Assembly (NCBI RefSeq): GCF_006345805.1
Contig: NC_043002.1
Coordinates: 101,370,001-101,434,000 of the forward strand
Source: Octopus sinensis
Lineage: Eukaryota
Length of the DNA stretch: 64,000 nucleotides
Direction: 5' to 3'
In this document: positions 1 through 13,690 of the stretch, piece after piece
Position numbering within the stretch: position 1 is the first letter of the stretch
Layout of the letters: every line of letters starts with the position of its first letter
The notes under the pieces: model-generated
What the model was told of the DNA's origin: nothing
Databases searched by the model: none
Seen by the model: only the letters and a program-made list of their open reading frames with translations
Position numbers and translations under genes: made by a program

Positions 1-1760
1 TGGGTTTGTTATTTAGGTTTTTGGGATGTATGTGTTAATTTGTCTGTGTGGGGAGTGAGTGGGTTTTGGTGTATATTGAGGTTTAAGTTAGTATAGGTAT
101 GTGTATAAGTCGTGGGTCTGTGGTTTACGTGTGTGTATTTGTGTGTGAATGTTTCGGTTAGGGGGATTATTATATAGTTTGTTATAGAGTTTAGCAAAGG
201 GAGATTTTATCGTTATATGTTTTAAGAGTTTTGGTTTATCATGGTTTTTTTTAGGGAATTCGTGGTAATTTGTCTATTTTCGATGTTGGTTGTTTTATTA
301 CATTGTTTCATTCATAATTTTTGAGTGGTGTTCGTTTTGCCACGTGAATATTATTTTTAATTCCATTTATTCCATTTCTCTCCATTCATTAATTCGTTTC
401 CAGAGCGGTTATACTTTTTATACATATGTTAAGTTCCTTGGTAAAGTAATTTTGTTTGGTGTATATGTTGAGGCTTATATGTACTTGTGGGTGTGTGTGA
501 GTGGGGTGGGTGTTTGTATTTGTTATGGGTGTGTGGTTTACGTGTGTGTTTTTGTGTGTGAATGTATAGGTTAAAGGGATTGCTATATAAGTATGTTATA
601 GTGTTTAGTAAGGGAGGTTTTATCATTTCTGTTTTGTGAGTTTTAGCTTATCATGGTAGTTTTATAAAAGAATCCATTCATAATTTTTGTGTTTATTTGG
701 TCTGTGTGGGGTTGAGTGGGTTTTTGGAGTATATGTTGAGATTTATATGTATGTATTGGTATGTGTAAGTGGTGTGGGTATTTGTATATGTCGTGGGTGT
801 GTGGTTTACGTGTGTGTATTTGTGTGTGAATGTTTAGGTTAGGGGGATTGCTATATAGGTTTGTTATAGAGTTTAGTAAAGGGAGATTTTATCATTATAT
901 GTTTTTATGAGTTTTGGTTTATCATGATAGGTTTGTTAAGGAATTCGTAGTAATTTGTGTCTATTTGCGATGTCTGTTTTTTTATTGCATTTTTCATTCA
1001 TAATTTTTAAGTAGTGTTCGTTTTTACCAAGTGAATATAATTTTTAATTCCATTTATATTTTCAATTTCTCCATTCTTAATTCGTTTCCAGAGCGGTTAT
1101 ACTTTTTATACATATTTAAGTTCCTTGGTAAAGTAATTTTGTTTGGTGTATATGTTGAGGCTTATATGTACTTGTGGGTGTGTGTGAGTGGGGTGGGTGT
1201 TTGTATTGTTATGGGTGTGTGGTTTACGGGTGTGTTTTTGTGTGTGAATGTATAGGTTAAAGGATTGCTATATAAGTATGTTATAGTGTTTAGTAAGGGA
1301 GGTTTTATCATTTCTGTTTTGTGAGTTTTAGCTTATCATGGTAGTTTTATAAAAGAATCCATTCATATTTTTGTGTTTATTTGTCTGTGTGGGGTTGATG
1401 GGTTTTTGGAGTATATGTTGAGATTTATATGTATGTATTTGGTGTGTAAGTGTGTGGGTATTTGTATATGTCGTGGTGTGTGGTTTACGTGTGTGTATTT
1501 GTGTGTGAATGTTTAGGTTAGGGGGATTGCTATATAGTTTGTTATAGAGTTTAGTAAGGGAGATTTTATCATTATATGTTTTTATGAGTTTTGGTTTATC
1601 ATGATAGGTTTGTTAAGGAATTCGTAGTAATTTGTGTCTATTTGCGATGTCTGTTGTTTTATTGCATTGTTTCATTCATAATTTTTAAGTAGTGTTCGTT
1701 TTTACCAAGTGAATTAATTTTTATTTCATTTATTCCATTCTCCTTCTTCTATTTCTCCGT
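1..1760. repeat. G/T-rich higher-order tandem repeat (~680-bp unit built of two diverged ~415/~265-bp monomers)
   Basis: tggtttacgtgtgtgt-like anchor recurs at ~121, 534, 802, 1220 and 1481. Block ~345-1030 is near-identical to ~1031-1710. Strong G+T excess on the + strand. Confidence 0.9.
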
Positions 1761-2199
1761 TCATAGTTTTGAGTGATGTCCGTTTTCTAGAGCGTGATTG
1801 TGGGTTGTATGTGTGTTGTGTGGGAGTATGAATAAGTATTGTGTTGAAGTATTTAGCTATTTTATTTATTTATAGTTGCCTAGACTTTTTATGTGTATGT
1901 ATAGGGATATATATAGGTGTGTGATTTAGTGTATGTAGTTAGATATGGTTTATATAATTAGGTATATGTGTATGGGTGTTATATAGTTTATTATTATTAT
2001 AATTATTATTTTTTTGTTTTGTTTATATTTTATATTTTATATTTTATAGTTTATATTTAATTGTTGATAGGTTTTTTTTAGTTTATATTGTTTATATATT
2101 GATTATATATGGATTATATATAGGTTATATATGGATTATATACTTATATTTTTTCATTCATACTTTAATTATTTTAAAATTATTATTATTTTTATATTT

Positions 2200-2449
2200 T
2201 AAAATATTGATTTTTTAGATTGGAAGTCCACCTGAAGATTGTCGATCAAGACAAGAAACGATTGTAGTGGCGGTTTTTTTGACTATTTTATAAATTTTAT
2301 GTATTGATTAAGTCTTTCCTTGTTTGTTTTGCAAAATAGTGGTTTTGTCTCTAATAATATTTTATAATATTTTACTATAAAATTGGATTTAATCCTAAAT
2401 CTGATTTTTTTTTCCCTGTAAATTTGGATTATTCCCTAATATTTATTAT

Positions 2450-2452
<3 letters not shown>
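2200..2452 (+). mobile_element. Penelope-like element terminal repeat (pLTR) fragment
   Basis: A hammerhead is followed by an AT-rich tail ending in (TA)n. The tail 2290-2450 recurs inverted at ~31470-31625. Confidence 0.65.
2228..2270 (+). ncRNA. Minimal type I hammerhead ribozyme
   Basis: ccac-CTGAAGA-ttgtc(gatcaa)gacaa-GAAA-cgattg-TA-gtgg. Intact core, 4-bp stem I, 5-bp stem II, GUA cleavage triplet. Confidence 0.85.
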
Positions 2453-2483
<31 letters not shown>

Positions 2484-2486
2484 TAG

Positions 2487-2531
<45 letters not shown>

Positions 2532-3360
2532 TTATATATAGAATCTATTTATCTGTCAATATAAATATGTATTACACAGCGATGCACATATATTTGTGTG
2601 TATGTATATGCATGTGTATAGAATGTCTGAAATATGCACACGTCTGGTGTGCATGCGATACACACATACACACACACAGCAGAGCATGGAGTATATTTTA
2701 AAAATGCCTAATTAATGTATTCGCTTGAAGCAATAACTCAATTTATTCCAGAATCGGAATAGAGGAGAATTAACCCTATATATAAATATAGCCGGAGGAG
2801 TTTTTTCCTATTTGTCAGGTATTTCATGCGATATGAGTTAGATAGTTAAAAGGCTTCGTGACTTGGTTGTTTACAGCTATTTGATAATTTCTTTGCAGCT
2901 TTCGTCAGGGAGATTGAAACAGTGAACAAGATTGCGCGAAAGTGAGAAAGTGAAAGAGCGATATGTGTGTGTGTTTGAGAAAGATAAAGAGAGACGGATC
3001 GATAAAATGTAGATAGATGGATAGTTGAAATGATACATAGATAGAGTGATAGAGTTGGGGGATAAAGTGGAACGTAAATCTGAAGAGAGGGAATGCATGG
3101 TGATAATAAGCGTTGGTGACTGTGTTCGTAGTGATGGTGGGGTATATAAGATATGATAAATTCTGAAACGGAATGAAAGGGAGAGTAAGTGAAAGAGGGA
3201 TGGAGAGTAAATGGGTGAAAGTGGGAGGGAGGGACAGTTGGAGATTGAAAGAGAAGGCGTATTAAAGAGAGATTAGCGATAGTAAAACAGGAGAGAAACA
3301 GAAATAAGAAGTAACAAAAAGATGGGAGAAAGTAAAACAACGGAGGGGAAGTGTATCAGT

Positions 3361-3406
3361 ATCTATCTATCCATCTGTCTTTTTATCTATCTATCCATCT
3401 ATCTCT

Positions 3407-3488
<82 letters not shown>

Positions 3489-3978
3489 CTTAGAGACTAA
3501 CAGCTTATTCTCTCTATTTCAACCTGTCACTCTCACGCTCAATCTGTGTTTTTTGTTTAACCAGCACCTCCTCCTCCGTCTCCTTCTCCTCCTCCTCCTC
3601 CTCCTAACATCCCCCTCCTCCCCTTCTCCGCCCCTCCTCACATCCTCCTCCTCTCTTTCTAAATGCATCCATCATTTGGGACACACATCGCTACTCTTCG
3701 TACTGTTGCCGTATATCATTCCTAGAAGTGTTATGAAAATCATCATCACCCTAACTACACCTCCACCACCACCAGTATTACACTCCCACCACCGCAACTG
3801 CTACCGCAGCCACCACCACCACCACCACCGACACCACCACCACCGTCACCACCACTACTGCCGCCACAACCAGCACTACCACCACTACCACCGTCTCACC
3901 ACCACCACCACCACCATCACCACCACCACCATCACCACCGCCGCCGCCGCCGCCGAAACCACCACCACCACCACCAGT
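3361..3978. repeat. (ATCT)n, (CCT)n and (CAC)n microsatellite cluster
   Basis: Directly visible; explains ORF 3322..4014. Confidence 0.95.
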
Positions 3979-5097
3979 ATCATTTCTGAAGGTATACAAT
4001 ACATGTATTTATAAAAATCATTATTTCTGCTATGGAAATATAGAATCGATTTTGTGTTTGATTTTTTTTTATACATATCAGAAGAGGAATTCTAATCGAA
4101 CGCCGATCAAATTAATTATAATCATATTTATACACTAATTTGGCAAGAAATATTTCGCATCAGGGAATAGTGGAGGCCGAAATCTAGGCTAAAGATCTGA
4201 CTTCCGGGAATTTTCCAGACTAAAGATGGAGGCTAAAGATCTCACATCCGGGAATTGGAATCGAGGTTGAATGCTTATAATTAAGAAAAAAATTGCTCTA
4301 TTAATATTTATTTTGAGTTTTTACTTCTGTATTATTTTTAATAAATATTGGTGGAAGATTATTTATGTGTAGAATTAACAAATATAACAGTCGCAACAGC
4401 AACAATAACAACGTAAAATTCAACACAGAAATATTTGCCAATATCTGTGAAGCCCCTTAAGGGAAGGAAAAATCAAAATAAATATTAGGTTTGTTTATTT
4501 TTATCTTTACCGATTGAAGAGCTCACAGTATTCGGGTCGATTATGAGAGTGAATGCAAGAAGAGAGCAGAACATAGTGTTGTTGCGAGGTTAAAGCGTAG
4601 CTAAGAGTGTCGGAGAAATCTCTGCATTAGAAATACATGATAAGAGTACACAGCTAGCCTAGAGATATATTTATATATGGGAATGAGACACCTGAAGACA
4701 ATTGGGGAAAAGACCGATCGAATGAAGTGCAAAATATGTGTGAGTGTGTTTGTGTGTGCGTGTGTGAGCGTGTGTGTGTGTGTGTATGCATGCGTGCGTG
4801 TGTCTGTATGTGCTTGTGTATGTGAGCTTTTGTGTTCGGCGGTGTATGTGAGAATGTATACGCGTGAAGATTGCACGTGAAAGGATTGGAGGATGAACCG
4901 AATTTGAAATATGTGTAAAACAAAAGTGTGTCTATAATTATGCAATGCATATGAATATATGTATTCGATCCGTGTCCTTTTGAGCGTGTGTGCATTTGCA
5001 AATGCGAGGGAGCGTGTGTGACTGTGTGTATATAAGAGTAAAGCCCTTGAAAATAACTGCAAAGCGATTCAGCCGAAATTATGTTTAAAAGAACTAC

Positions 5098-5139
<42 letters not shown>

Positions 5140-5189
5140 ATTTCTGCGCTTCTTTCTGAGTGCGTGTGTATGTATGTACGAAGGTATGT

Positions 5190-5297
5190 GTGTATGTATG
5201 TCATTGTTCAGTTTTATTTCAAGATTTCTTACCAACAGAGAAAGAGTCGGTTTCTAACCTAGATCCAAGGCACCTTCGTTGGAATTTCAACATCAAC
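5190..5297 (+). repeat. Short interspersed repeat (second copy inverted at ~36010-36115)
   Basis: gtcattgttcagttttatttcaagatttct...gtttctaacctagat matches the reverse complement of 36010-36115. Confidence 0.75.
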
Positions 5298-5769
5298 AGG
5301 ATATGTTTGTATGTATGCATGTACGTATGTATGTATGCATGCATATACGCATGTATGTATATAGGTATACGTCCAGATTCGTATGTTTTCTTTTATGTCT
5401 GTATTCCCATGCATATACTTACATATTTAGACATGCCCACATATATTCAAATGATAAACTTCTGGAAAGTTTCACAGATTTTAACAGTTCCAGTTTTAAT
5501 CCTCACTGAAACAGCATCTTCGTTGCATTATTTCCTCTTCGACTGTACTTTTCATTCTCTACAGAAACGAAAAAAAAAAAACATCACATCACGTGCTTCT
5601 TTACAAAATAACTCCAAAATGATGTTTATTTGACTGAAATCCTAGGATTGTGTTGTAGTTTTCATTTTATCAGAAAGTGATAGACAGAAGAAACAATTAT
5701 TTCTAGTTTATTCGTTGGAGAGAAAATGAAAAAAAAAAAGAAAACAACCAGAAATAGATGGAGACATAA

Positions 5770-5771
5770 TT

Positions 5772-5812
<41 letters not shown>

Positions 5813-5930
5813 TGTTGTTGTAGTAATAGTAATAGTAGTAGTAGTAGTAGTAGTAGTTGCTGTTGTTGTTGTTGTTGTAGTTGAAGTAGTAGTATTATTA
5901 GTAAATGTTGTAGTTGTCGCAGTTGTAGAA
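5770..5930. repeat. (GTA/GTT)n microsatellite
   Basis: Directly visible. Confidence 0.95.
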
Positions 5931-6339
5931 ATATGAGTAGAACTGAAATGGAGAAGATGGGAAATGAGGAGAAATAATCCTTCGTTTTCTAAAAGTATCC
6001 TTAAAATGGACATCAGCACAAGGTTTCAAGTAATTTACCTGAAAAATCGTTTAATTTTGAAAGTTGGCAGCAACTTTAGAATAAAGGAAGCAGTAAGACC
6101 AAAAAAGGTAAAGAAAAAAAAAAGCAATTGTCACATGTCACATTTTGATGAGGTTTTGCCAAAAAAAAAACCCCCAAAAAATTCTCATTATCTTTCTCAT
6201 ACTTCTATTCATCATCCCCTTCTACTCGTGTCCGCGTCACTCTTCTTCTTCTTCTCTTCTTCTTCTTCTTCTTCTTCTTCTTCTTCTTCTTCTTCTTCTT
6301 CTTCTTTTCTTCTTCTTCTTCTTCTTCTTCTTCTCTTCA

Positions 6340-7632
6340 TTTGGTGGTTGGTTGCGTGCGGCGAGGTCGAAGGCCCAGATTTGTTTCTAGAAATTAAGAA
6401 AATATCGAAAGAAGAATGGACCGGGATCGGGTTGGAGAGTTTGATCCAGGTAAACCCGGAATCTCTGCACAAGCTCCCTGACTTTATCGAGCTGCCTAAC
6501 GATCATAATTTTAGGTCGTGGTGGAAAGCAGAAAGCCGAAGTGCCTCACTTGTGGGTCTAACACATTTGATGGGCTTCTACCCACAACAACAAAATGGAG
6601 CTAGAGGAACGGCGGCTCTGCTACCACTGCCTCCACCACAAGAAGGCCAATAGCTGCAACAACAGCTATTAAAGCACCGTCTTCAACGGAGGAATCTCAC
6701 CACAACAGCGACACCAACAACTGTAGCGCTGGAAATAAGCAACGCCCGACCATCTCTACACGCGGGCAACTCATGCGCCATGTACTCACGACTCTGGCAA
6801 TTCAGGAGCCTTATCATTCGACGAGGAGGAATTGAATCCGCCAAGAAGGTCTTGTGTTGGGGAGAAGCGGAAAAATAGTTAACAAATAGACCATCCTAAA
6901 CTGAAAATGAAAAGATAGGACGAGGAAACTCCACCTAATCCATCAGCTATACTAACCACACCGACACACTCACCCAAATCCGAACGACAAAAGCAATGCA
7001 CACTCATTCAACTACCAAAACCGAAACAAATACACGAAGAGAAACAACAATCACAAGAACAACCCTTACAACTGACCACAGTAGCCAAAAGCCTTATCAA
7101 CTTCACAGTAGTTTGCAAGAGCAACAGCGAGCTGATACGGGAAGTAGTGAACAACACGAATATTCATACAAAGGGAGTAGGGTTCACCGAACTTCTGTTG
7201 AAAATTCCCCGTGACAACTTATAAAAACTAACACAAGCACATAACTAGACCATAAAAAATAACCAAAAAACATTGGGCTCTTTAGGCTAATGCCGGGCAA
7301 AAGGACTTTGGGAAGGCCCTTCATCAATGATAATGCACCAGACGAGGCAACTGAATCAGCCGAACCGCACCAAAATCCAAGGTAAGTAACCTTCTTCCAT
7401 TTGTTTCTCCGATAAACGTGCTCGTTTTCAGAGTGGATTGTGTGGATGTACAAGACATGGGGTCAGCGTGGAATCAAGGTCACTTGCCAACGACTTCATG
7501 TCACTCGATTTAGATGTGGTTCCAATTAGCGAGACAAAGATTTCTAATTTGCAAGAACTAGTGACCATTTTCGATGACTATGAGATATTCTCATCAAGTG
7601 GTCTGTCGAGAGCGGGTGGAGGGGTAGCAGTC
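6340..7632 (+). mobile_element. Tx1/L1-clade LINE remnant: ORF1 C-terminus with CCHC knuckle plus start of ORF2 APE endonuclease
   Basis: LPDFIELP..VVVESRKPKCLTCGSNT/HLMGFY is a frameshifted CX2CX4HX4C-like knuckle (~6542-6585). LDLDVVPISETK...GGGVAVI matches the APE N-terminal motifs (~7490-7632). Preceded by (TCT)n. Confidence 0.75.
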
Positions 7633-8265
7633 ATATCAATGTGGAGGCATGATTTTTGTCTGAAGTCTCTCTGGCCTATTCGCACCTCTCTTTCTGTCGG
7701 TTTGAATGGTGAAGTTCCAGAGGAGTGAGATGTGATAATTTTTAAGCGGTGCAGATGGTTTGTGTTCCCACCAGTTTTTATCATGGGGCAAATCCAGGCT
7801 TTTGCAAAATTACCCAGTGAATATATTGTGCATCTCCATCATGCCTGTTGTGATACTCTGTAGGCGGAAGAAGACTGCACATGGAGACAACATGATCAAT
7901 GGTTTCATTTTGTTGCTTACATACACGTCATGTGGGTCATTGCCGTTCTTTAAATTGTTGGCCAGGTAGTTCCTTGTAGGTGGGCATTGATCTTGTGCTG
8001 TTATGATAAACGCTTCTGTTACTGATTTTAAGCCAGAGACACTAACCCTTGATGGGTAAGGGTTTTGTAAACATGGGCGCTATTAGCTCTCTTTGGGTAT
8101 TTGCCGTTGAGAGAGGTTTTTTTGCCATTTGGTATGCATATCTAAAAAAAAGCAGTTTTAGCACGGGTTGTCATGCGCTTAGACTTTTCTGTGTTCGTCT
8201 CCAGTAATTCCAATTCTGGGATTTATTGTATTTGGAATTTAGTTAGAAATATCTCTGTTTTTTTA
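7633..8265 (-). mobile_element. R4/Dong-type RLE non-LTR retrotransposon remnant
   Basis: Minus strand reads SGLKSVTEAFIITAQDQCPPTRNY...TIDHVVS...LLWNFTIQTD...NRP...LHIDMT, homologous to ORF 25291..25836. Confidence 0.8.
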
Positions 8266-8299
8266 ATAAGTATGATGCTTTCGTCTTCTTCTTCTTCTT

Positions 8300-8381
<82 letters not shown>

Positions 8382-8449
8382 TCATTATTATTATTATTAG
8401 TAGTAGTATTATACGAACAACAGATTCATAACAAAGGGCTACAGCAAGC

Positions 8450-8950
8450 AATCTTAGATGCTAAAAACTCTGCTAAATATCCAAACTGTCTCTGATAACA
8501 TTGTTTTCCGGTGCTGTACTAGACTGAGTCTTATGACAATTTATCTACTACAAATTCAGGGTCTTACGATTATTTATTGTCTGCTAAATCAGGCATTCAA
8601 GCTTCTGTTGCTCTGTTGTTCTGAATGTTAAAGTCCCACAACATCTTGTATTTCTTACTTTCTAATACTTTACTAGTATTTATTAATATGGTGAATGAGA
8701 AACTCTTTCCTGTTTTTGACTTGCATAATCTACATTGGAATCTGCTTAGTTTTATCTATCTTGGCTTTTATCTAATTAGTCTTTAATGCTTGATCCTGTG
8801 CTGCTATTACCAAACTTTGTCTCCCATTTAAGCCTTTCTTTCTGGAACCATACCCATGTCTCGCTTCTACTATTTGCTGCAATTATCTTTGGGAATCTAC
8901 CATGCAAATTCTCCTCTTGCCAGTGAGATCATTTCTTGTCTTTGTTCTGA
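8450..8950 (-). mobile_element. R4/Dong-type LINE remnant
   Basis: Minus strand reads QEENLHGRF...WVWF...IAAQDQALKTN...CRLCK...WDFNIQ; bordered by (ATT)n and (TAC/TAT)n tracts. Confidence 0.75.
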
Positions 8951-8957
8951 TTTTTAA

Positions 8958-9017
<60 letters not shown>

Positions 9018-9039
9018 CATTATTATTATTATCATGAGG

Positions 9040-10030
9040 ATGATGGTGAGATAATGAAAACATTACTAAAAACTTTCATAATTTATGATGAATTTTACGT
9101 ATAATAATAAAATTACTAATAAAAACAATAAGATTAAAAACAACAATAATAAAACTAAAAAGTCTATAATCATGATAATTGTAACAACAAATATGATAAT
9201 AATAATAAGAGATGCGACTGTTGATGAAGCCAACGATGATAGTGATGAAAAGGTTGATATTGTGGATGCTGATGCTGATGATGATGCTGATAAAAAAACA
9301 GTAATAAATTTTGAAAATAAATCTGATGCCGGAGATGACAGTGAAAATAACAATGATGAAGATGATAATTATGGTAATGAAGATTATGATGGAGCCGTTG
9401 GTGGAGATGAATATGCTGATGATGTTCATGTTGATATTGATGATGATGATGAGGAGGAGGAGGAGGAGGAGGAAGATAATGATGGTGATGACGAAGATGA
9501 TGATGATGATAATGATGATGATGACACTGATGATGAGGTTGAGGAATAGGATGATGATTATGATGTTGATGATAATGATGATGATGCTGCTGCTGCTGAT
9601 GGTTGTAGATGTGGTCGTGATTGTGCAGGTGGTGGTGCTGTTAGAGGTGATGCTGATGGTGAAGTGGTGTTGGTTGTAGTGGTTGTGGCGGTAATGGTGT
9701 TGGTGGTGATGGTTGTGGTGGTGATGGTAGCGATGATTATTTTGATTGTAATAGTGATGACTATGATGTGGACGAATGTGGCGAAGGTGGTAGGGACGAC
9801 GAATATACTATGATGCCGTTATATAATGATGGCAGGGATGATGGAGGTGGTGACGTTGAATAACGATGACAACGATGATGATGATGGTAGTGGTGGTTGT
9901 GGTGGCTTTAGTGGTGATGAATGAAGATGAAGACGGTGACGACAACAACGACACGAGCAAGGACAATGTGGATAATGAAGATAGCGATAATTATAACATC
10001 GAATTGAAGGGATTGACTACAATGCGAACT
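9040..10030. repeat. Degenerate trinucleotide low-complexity tract (AAT/GAT/GGT/GAG)
   Basis: Directly visible; explains the D/E-rich ORF 9085..9549. Confidence 0.85.
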
Positions 10031-10053
10031 AAAGAGAGAAATATAAATAAATA

Positions 10054-10054
<1 letters not shown>

Positions 10055-10146
<92 letters not shown>

Positions 10147-10262
10147 TCGAAAGTAAAAGAGGGAAAAAAGAAAGGGATGTTATGGCTATTTTAATATTGA
10201 ACTAATAACGGTTTATGTATGTATACGGATATATATACATACGTACATACATACATATATAC

Positions 10263-10337
<75 letters not shown>

Positions 10338-10912
10338 ATATATATGTATATATGTATGTATGTATGTATGTATATATATATATACGTGTAGCTGTACTGT
10401 GGCTGTGGTTGCAGCAGGAACGTGTAGGACAAGATTTGATGCGAGAGTAAGCGTGTATGTAGGTGTATAAGTGGTAACGTGAAGAATATCGGCGGAAATC
10501 AATTGCAACGTACGTCACTTGATATCGACATTGCGAGAAAGAAACAGCAGGGAATTATGGGAAATTCATTAACATGATTTCTCTTTTAAATTCAACTCAA
10601 CATATATGAAATAAATAAAGAAATACAATAAATAAAATATTCGTGTGTGTATGTATTTATGTACATGCATGTATGTATCTATGTGTGTACGTTTATATTC
10701 ATATACATACATACATACATACATAATACATACATACATACACACACACACACATACACGCACACACATATATATGTATATATATATATAATATATATAA
10801 TAATATATATATATATAATATATATATATAATAATATATAATAATATATATATATAATAATAATATATATAATAATAATAATATATATATATAATAATAT
10901 ATAATAATATAT

Positions 10913-10961
<49 letters not shown>

Positions 10962-11150
10962 ATATCAGTTGCTATATTCTTGCTGGATATTTATGCTATT
11001 TTAATATTTATATTTTCATGTATATATACATACATTCATACAGCATACATACATACATACATACATACATACATACATCATACATACATACATACATACA
11101 TACATACATACATACATACATACGTACATACATACATACATACATACATA
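10055..11150. repeat. (TA)n, (GA)n, (ATAC)n microsatellite cluster
   Basis: Directly visible. Confidence 0.9.
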
Positions 11151-11164
11151 TATTATCTTCTACT

Positions 11165-11360
11165 CTAGGTATAAGGCCTGACACTTTGGAGGTAGGCAAT
11201 CGATTAGATCGACCACACAATGCAACTGATACCTAATTTATCGAGCCCGAAAGGATGAAAGACAAAGTCGACCTCGCTGGAATTTGAACTTAGAACGTAA
11301 AGACAGACGAAATACCTCTAAGCATTTCGCTCGGCGTGCTAACATTTCTGCCACCTCGCA
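11165..11360 (-). mobile_element. tRNA-derived SINE family A
   Basis: Reverse complement of the family A head and core (ggcagaaatgttagcacg...gtcgactttgtctttcatcctttcggg). Confidence 0.85.
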
Positions 11361-11492
11361 CACATACAAACGCATATACACACATACACACACACACAAT
11401 GCATATATATGGATATGCACGTACTTTCATACATATCTATAATATATATTATATACTATACGTGTGTGTGTATATGTATATACATATATATA

Positions 11493-11567
<75 letters not shown>

Positions 11568-11574
11568 GTATATG

Positions 11575-11606
<32 letters not shown>

Positions 11607-11794
11607 TATATATATATAATTACATATATTTGGATATACATGGATGTGCATATATGTAGAAATGCAAAACATGCATGCACTTAAATGTAAATCCGCATGT
11701 ATGAATATATACATGCAATGTATACCCCCACATGCACACACTATACACACACGCATATTTCTCTCTCTCTCTCTCCTTGTATTTACATACACGC

Positions 11795-12765
11795 ACCTGT
11801 ATGTGAATATACACGTATCTGGCGCTATAAAACTACCACGATAGAAACCCAAATGTACATCCAATGTGACATTGACTGGACGATTCATTCATCTACTAAG
11901 GCAAAATGAACAGTATAAGGAACTGCATTCAATTTCAAAGGGAGCATATTAATTCAGACGAGAGCTTAACTTGCCTGATTGTGATGATGACAATGAGGAC
12001 AAAAGCCAAAGAAGAAAGTTTGAAGGAAATATTAAGACTGTGCCAAGAGAGGTCATTACATGGCCAAATAACCAAAACGCGTTGCGAGTGCTAATAGAAA
12101 TATGAGAAGGACCCATCAGTGGCTGCAAAATATTGGCTTGAAACCGAAAGAGCGGCACAAGATCAGTGACCCCTCACTGGGAACTATGAAGCTAAAGTTA
12201 CGCACGATCAGTTAGGCACACAATGTAGACTCTGTAATGACAAACTTGAGTGTATTGACCACATTGTTGCCGGTTACTCAGTCCTTGCCCCGATAGAATA
12301 TAAAACCAAGCATGATTGAGTCGCCCAATGCTTGCCCTGGGGTGTATGCCGTCACTATGATATCCTGTACCCTATGAACTGACATGAACACCAGCTAGAG
12401 CCAGTCACTAAACGAGAGAATGTTACCATCCTATGGGATTGTGGGAGACATACAGGCAAATAAATGTAAAAGACCAGACATCGCTATCAAAGACCTTAAA
12501 AAAAGAAAAACAAGCTTGTTTATTGATATGACAGTGTCTACAGATAGGAACATCTCAGCAAAGGAATTTGAAAAACTGTCGAAATAAGAGGACCTTGAGA
12601 CTGAGACATCTAGGACGTGACAATTAAAAACGAAAACCATCCCTGTTGCTGTAGGTGCCCTGAGAATGATCAAGAAAGGTACTGAAAAATTTGTTGACCG
12701 AATCCCTGGGATCCAACAATCTATGAGACTCAAAGAATGGTACTGACATCAAATGCCCACATACT
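11795..12765 (+). mobile_element. R4/Dong-type RLE LINE remnant
   Basis: SLHGQ...AAQDQ...CRLC...IDHIVAG...ILWD...RPDIAIKD...LFIDMTVS...KLSK*EDL; many stops and frameshifts. Confidence 0.8.
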
Positions 12766-12921
12766 CAAGAAGTTTCTATCCTTCTAATATATGCGCGCCT
12801 TAGGTTTCTGGCTGAGACCAGATCAGAAGATGAAATAAAATGCAATTCAATCGGAAAATGAAGCTGTGACTGAGGGAGAAAATGTGTCGGTTCTCTGGGA
12901 CTTTCCCATACATACCGACAA

Positions 12922-13013
<92 letters not shown>

Positions 13014-13019
13014 TAATAA

Positions 13020-13690
13020 TTTGGCCCGTAGCAAACAAGCTGATGTTGATCAGAAAAATTCGGATCAATGTTTACGAAGCTCAGGGCTAAAAGCAGAGAG
13101 TGAAGGTTTCATATTAGCTGCTCAAGACCAAAGCTTATTAACCCGAAACTACCAAGCCAATGTGATAAAAAAATGGAGCTGACCCAAATGCCGATTATGT
13201 AAAGATGTGATTGAAACTATTGACCACCTAATCTCATTGTGTAAAGTCTTAGTACCTGTAGAATATAAAGCAAGACATGATAGAGTCGGCCAGTATTTAC
13301 ACTAGACAATATGCCGGCATTATAAAATCAAAACCGCTGACAAATGGAATAAATACCATTCTGAAGCTGTGACTGAGGGAGAAAATGTGTCGATTCTATG
13401 GGACTTATCCGTACATACCGACAAATCTATAAAAGCTAATCAACTGGATATTATTATAAAAGATCAGACAAAAAAGGTGTCTTTATTAACTGACGTGAGT
13501 ATTCCTTGCGATCACAATATAGCGGCGAAAGGATTTGACAAAATCAGTAAATATAAAGACTTGCTTATAGAAATTGAAAAAAATGTGGCATCTCAAGGCG
13601 ACTACAGTACAAGTGATTGTAGGATCTCTAGGAATGATAAAAAAGGTACTGAAACCTATTTGAAAATGATATCAGGCTTACCTGGACAGA
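13020..13690 (+). mobile_element. R4/Dong-type RLE LINE remnant preceded by (TAA)n
   Basis: LRSSGLKAESEGFILAAQDQSLLTRNY...CRLC...RHDRVGQYLH...ILWD...DIII...DVSIP...KISKYKDL. 12858-12921 duplicates 13362-13425. Confidence 0.85.

Noticed and set aside
3322-4014. 230-aa His/Thr/Leu-rich ORF
   Set aside because: A concatenation of ATCT, CCT and CAC microsatellites.
5964-6653. 229-aa ORF as a host gene
   Set aside because: Chance fusion of flanking DNA, (TCT)n and a LINE ORF1 fragment.
9085-9549. Acidic D/E-rich 154-aa ORF (biomineralisation-protein-like)
   Set aside because: Part of a continuous degenerate GAT/AAT microsatellite field; no signal peptide or splice support.
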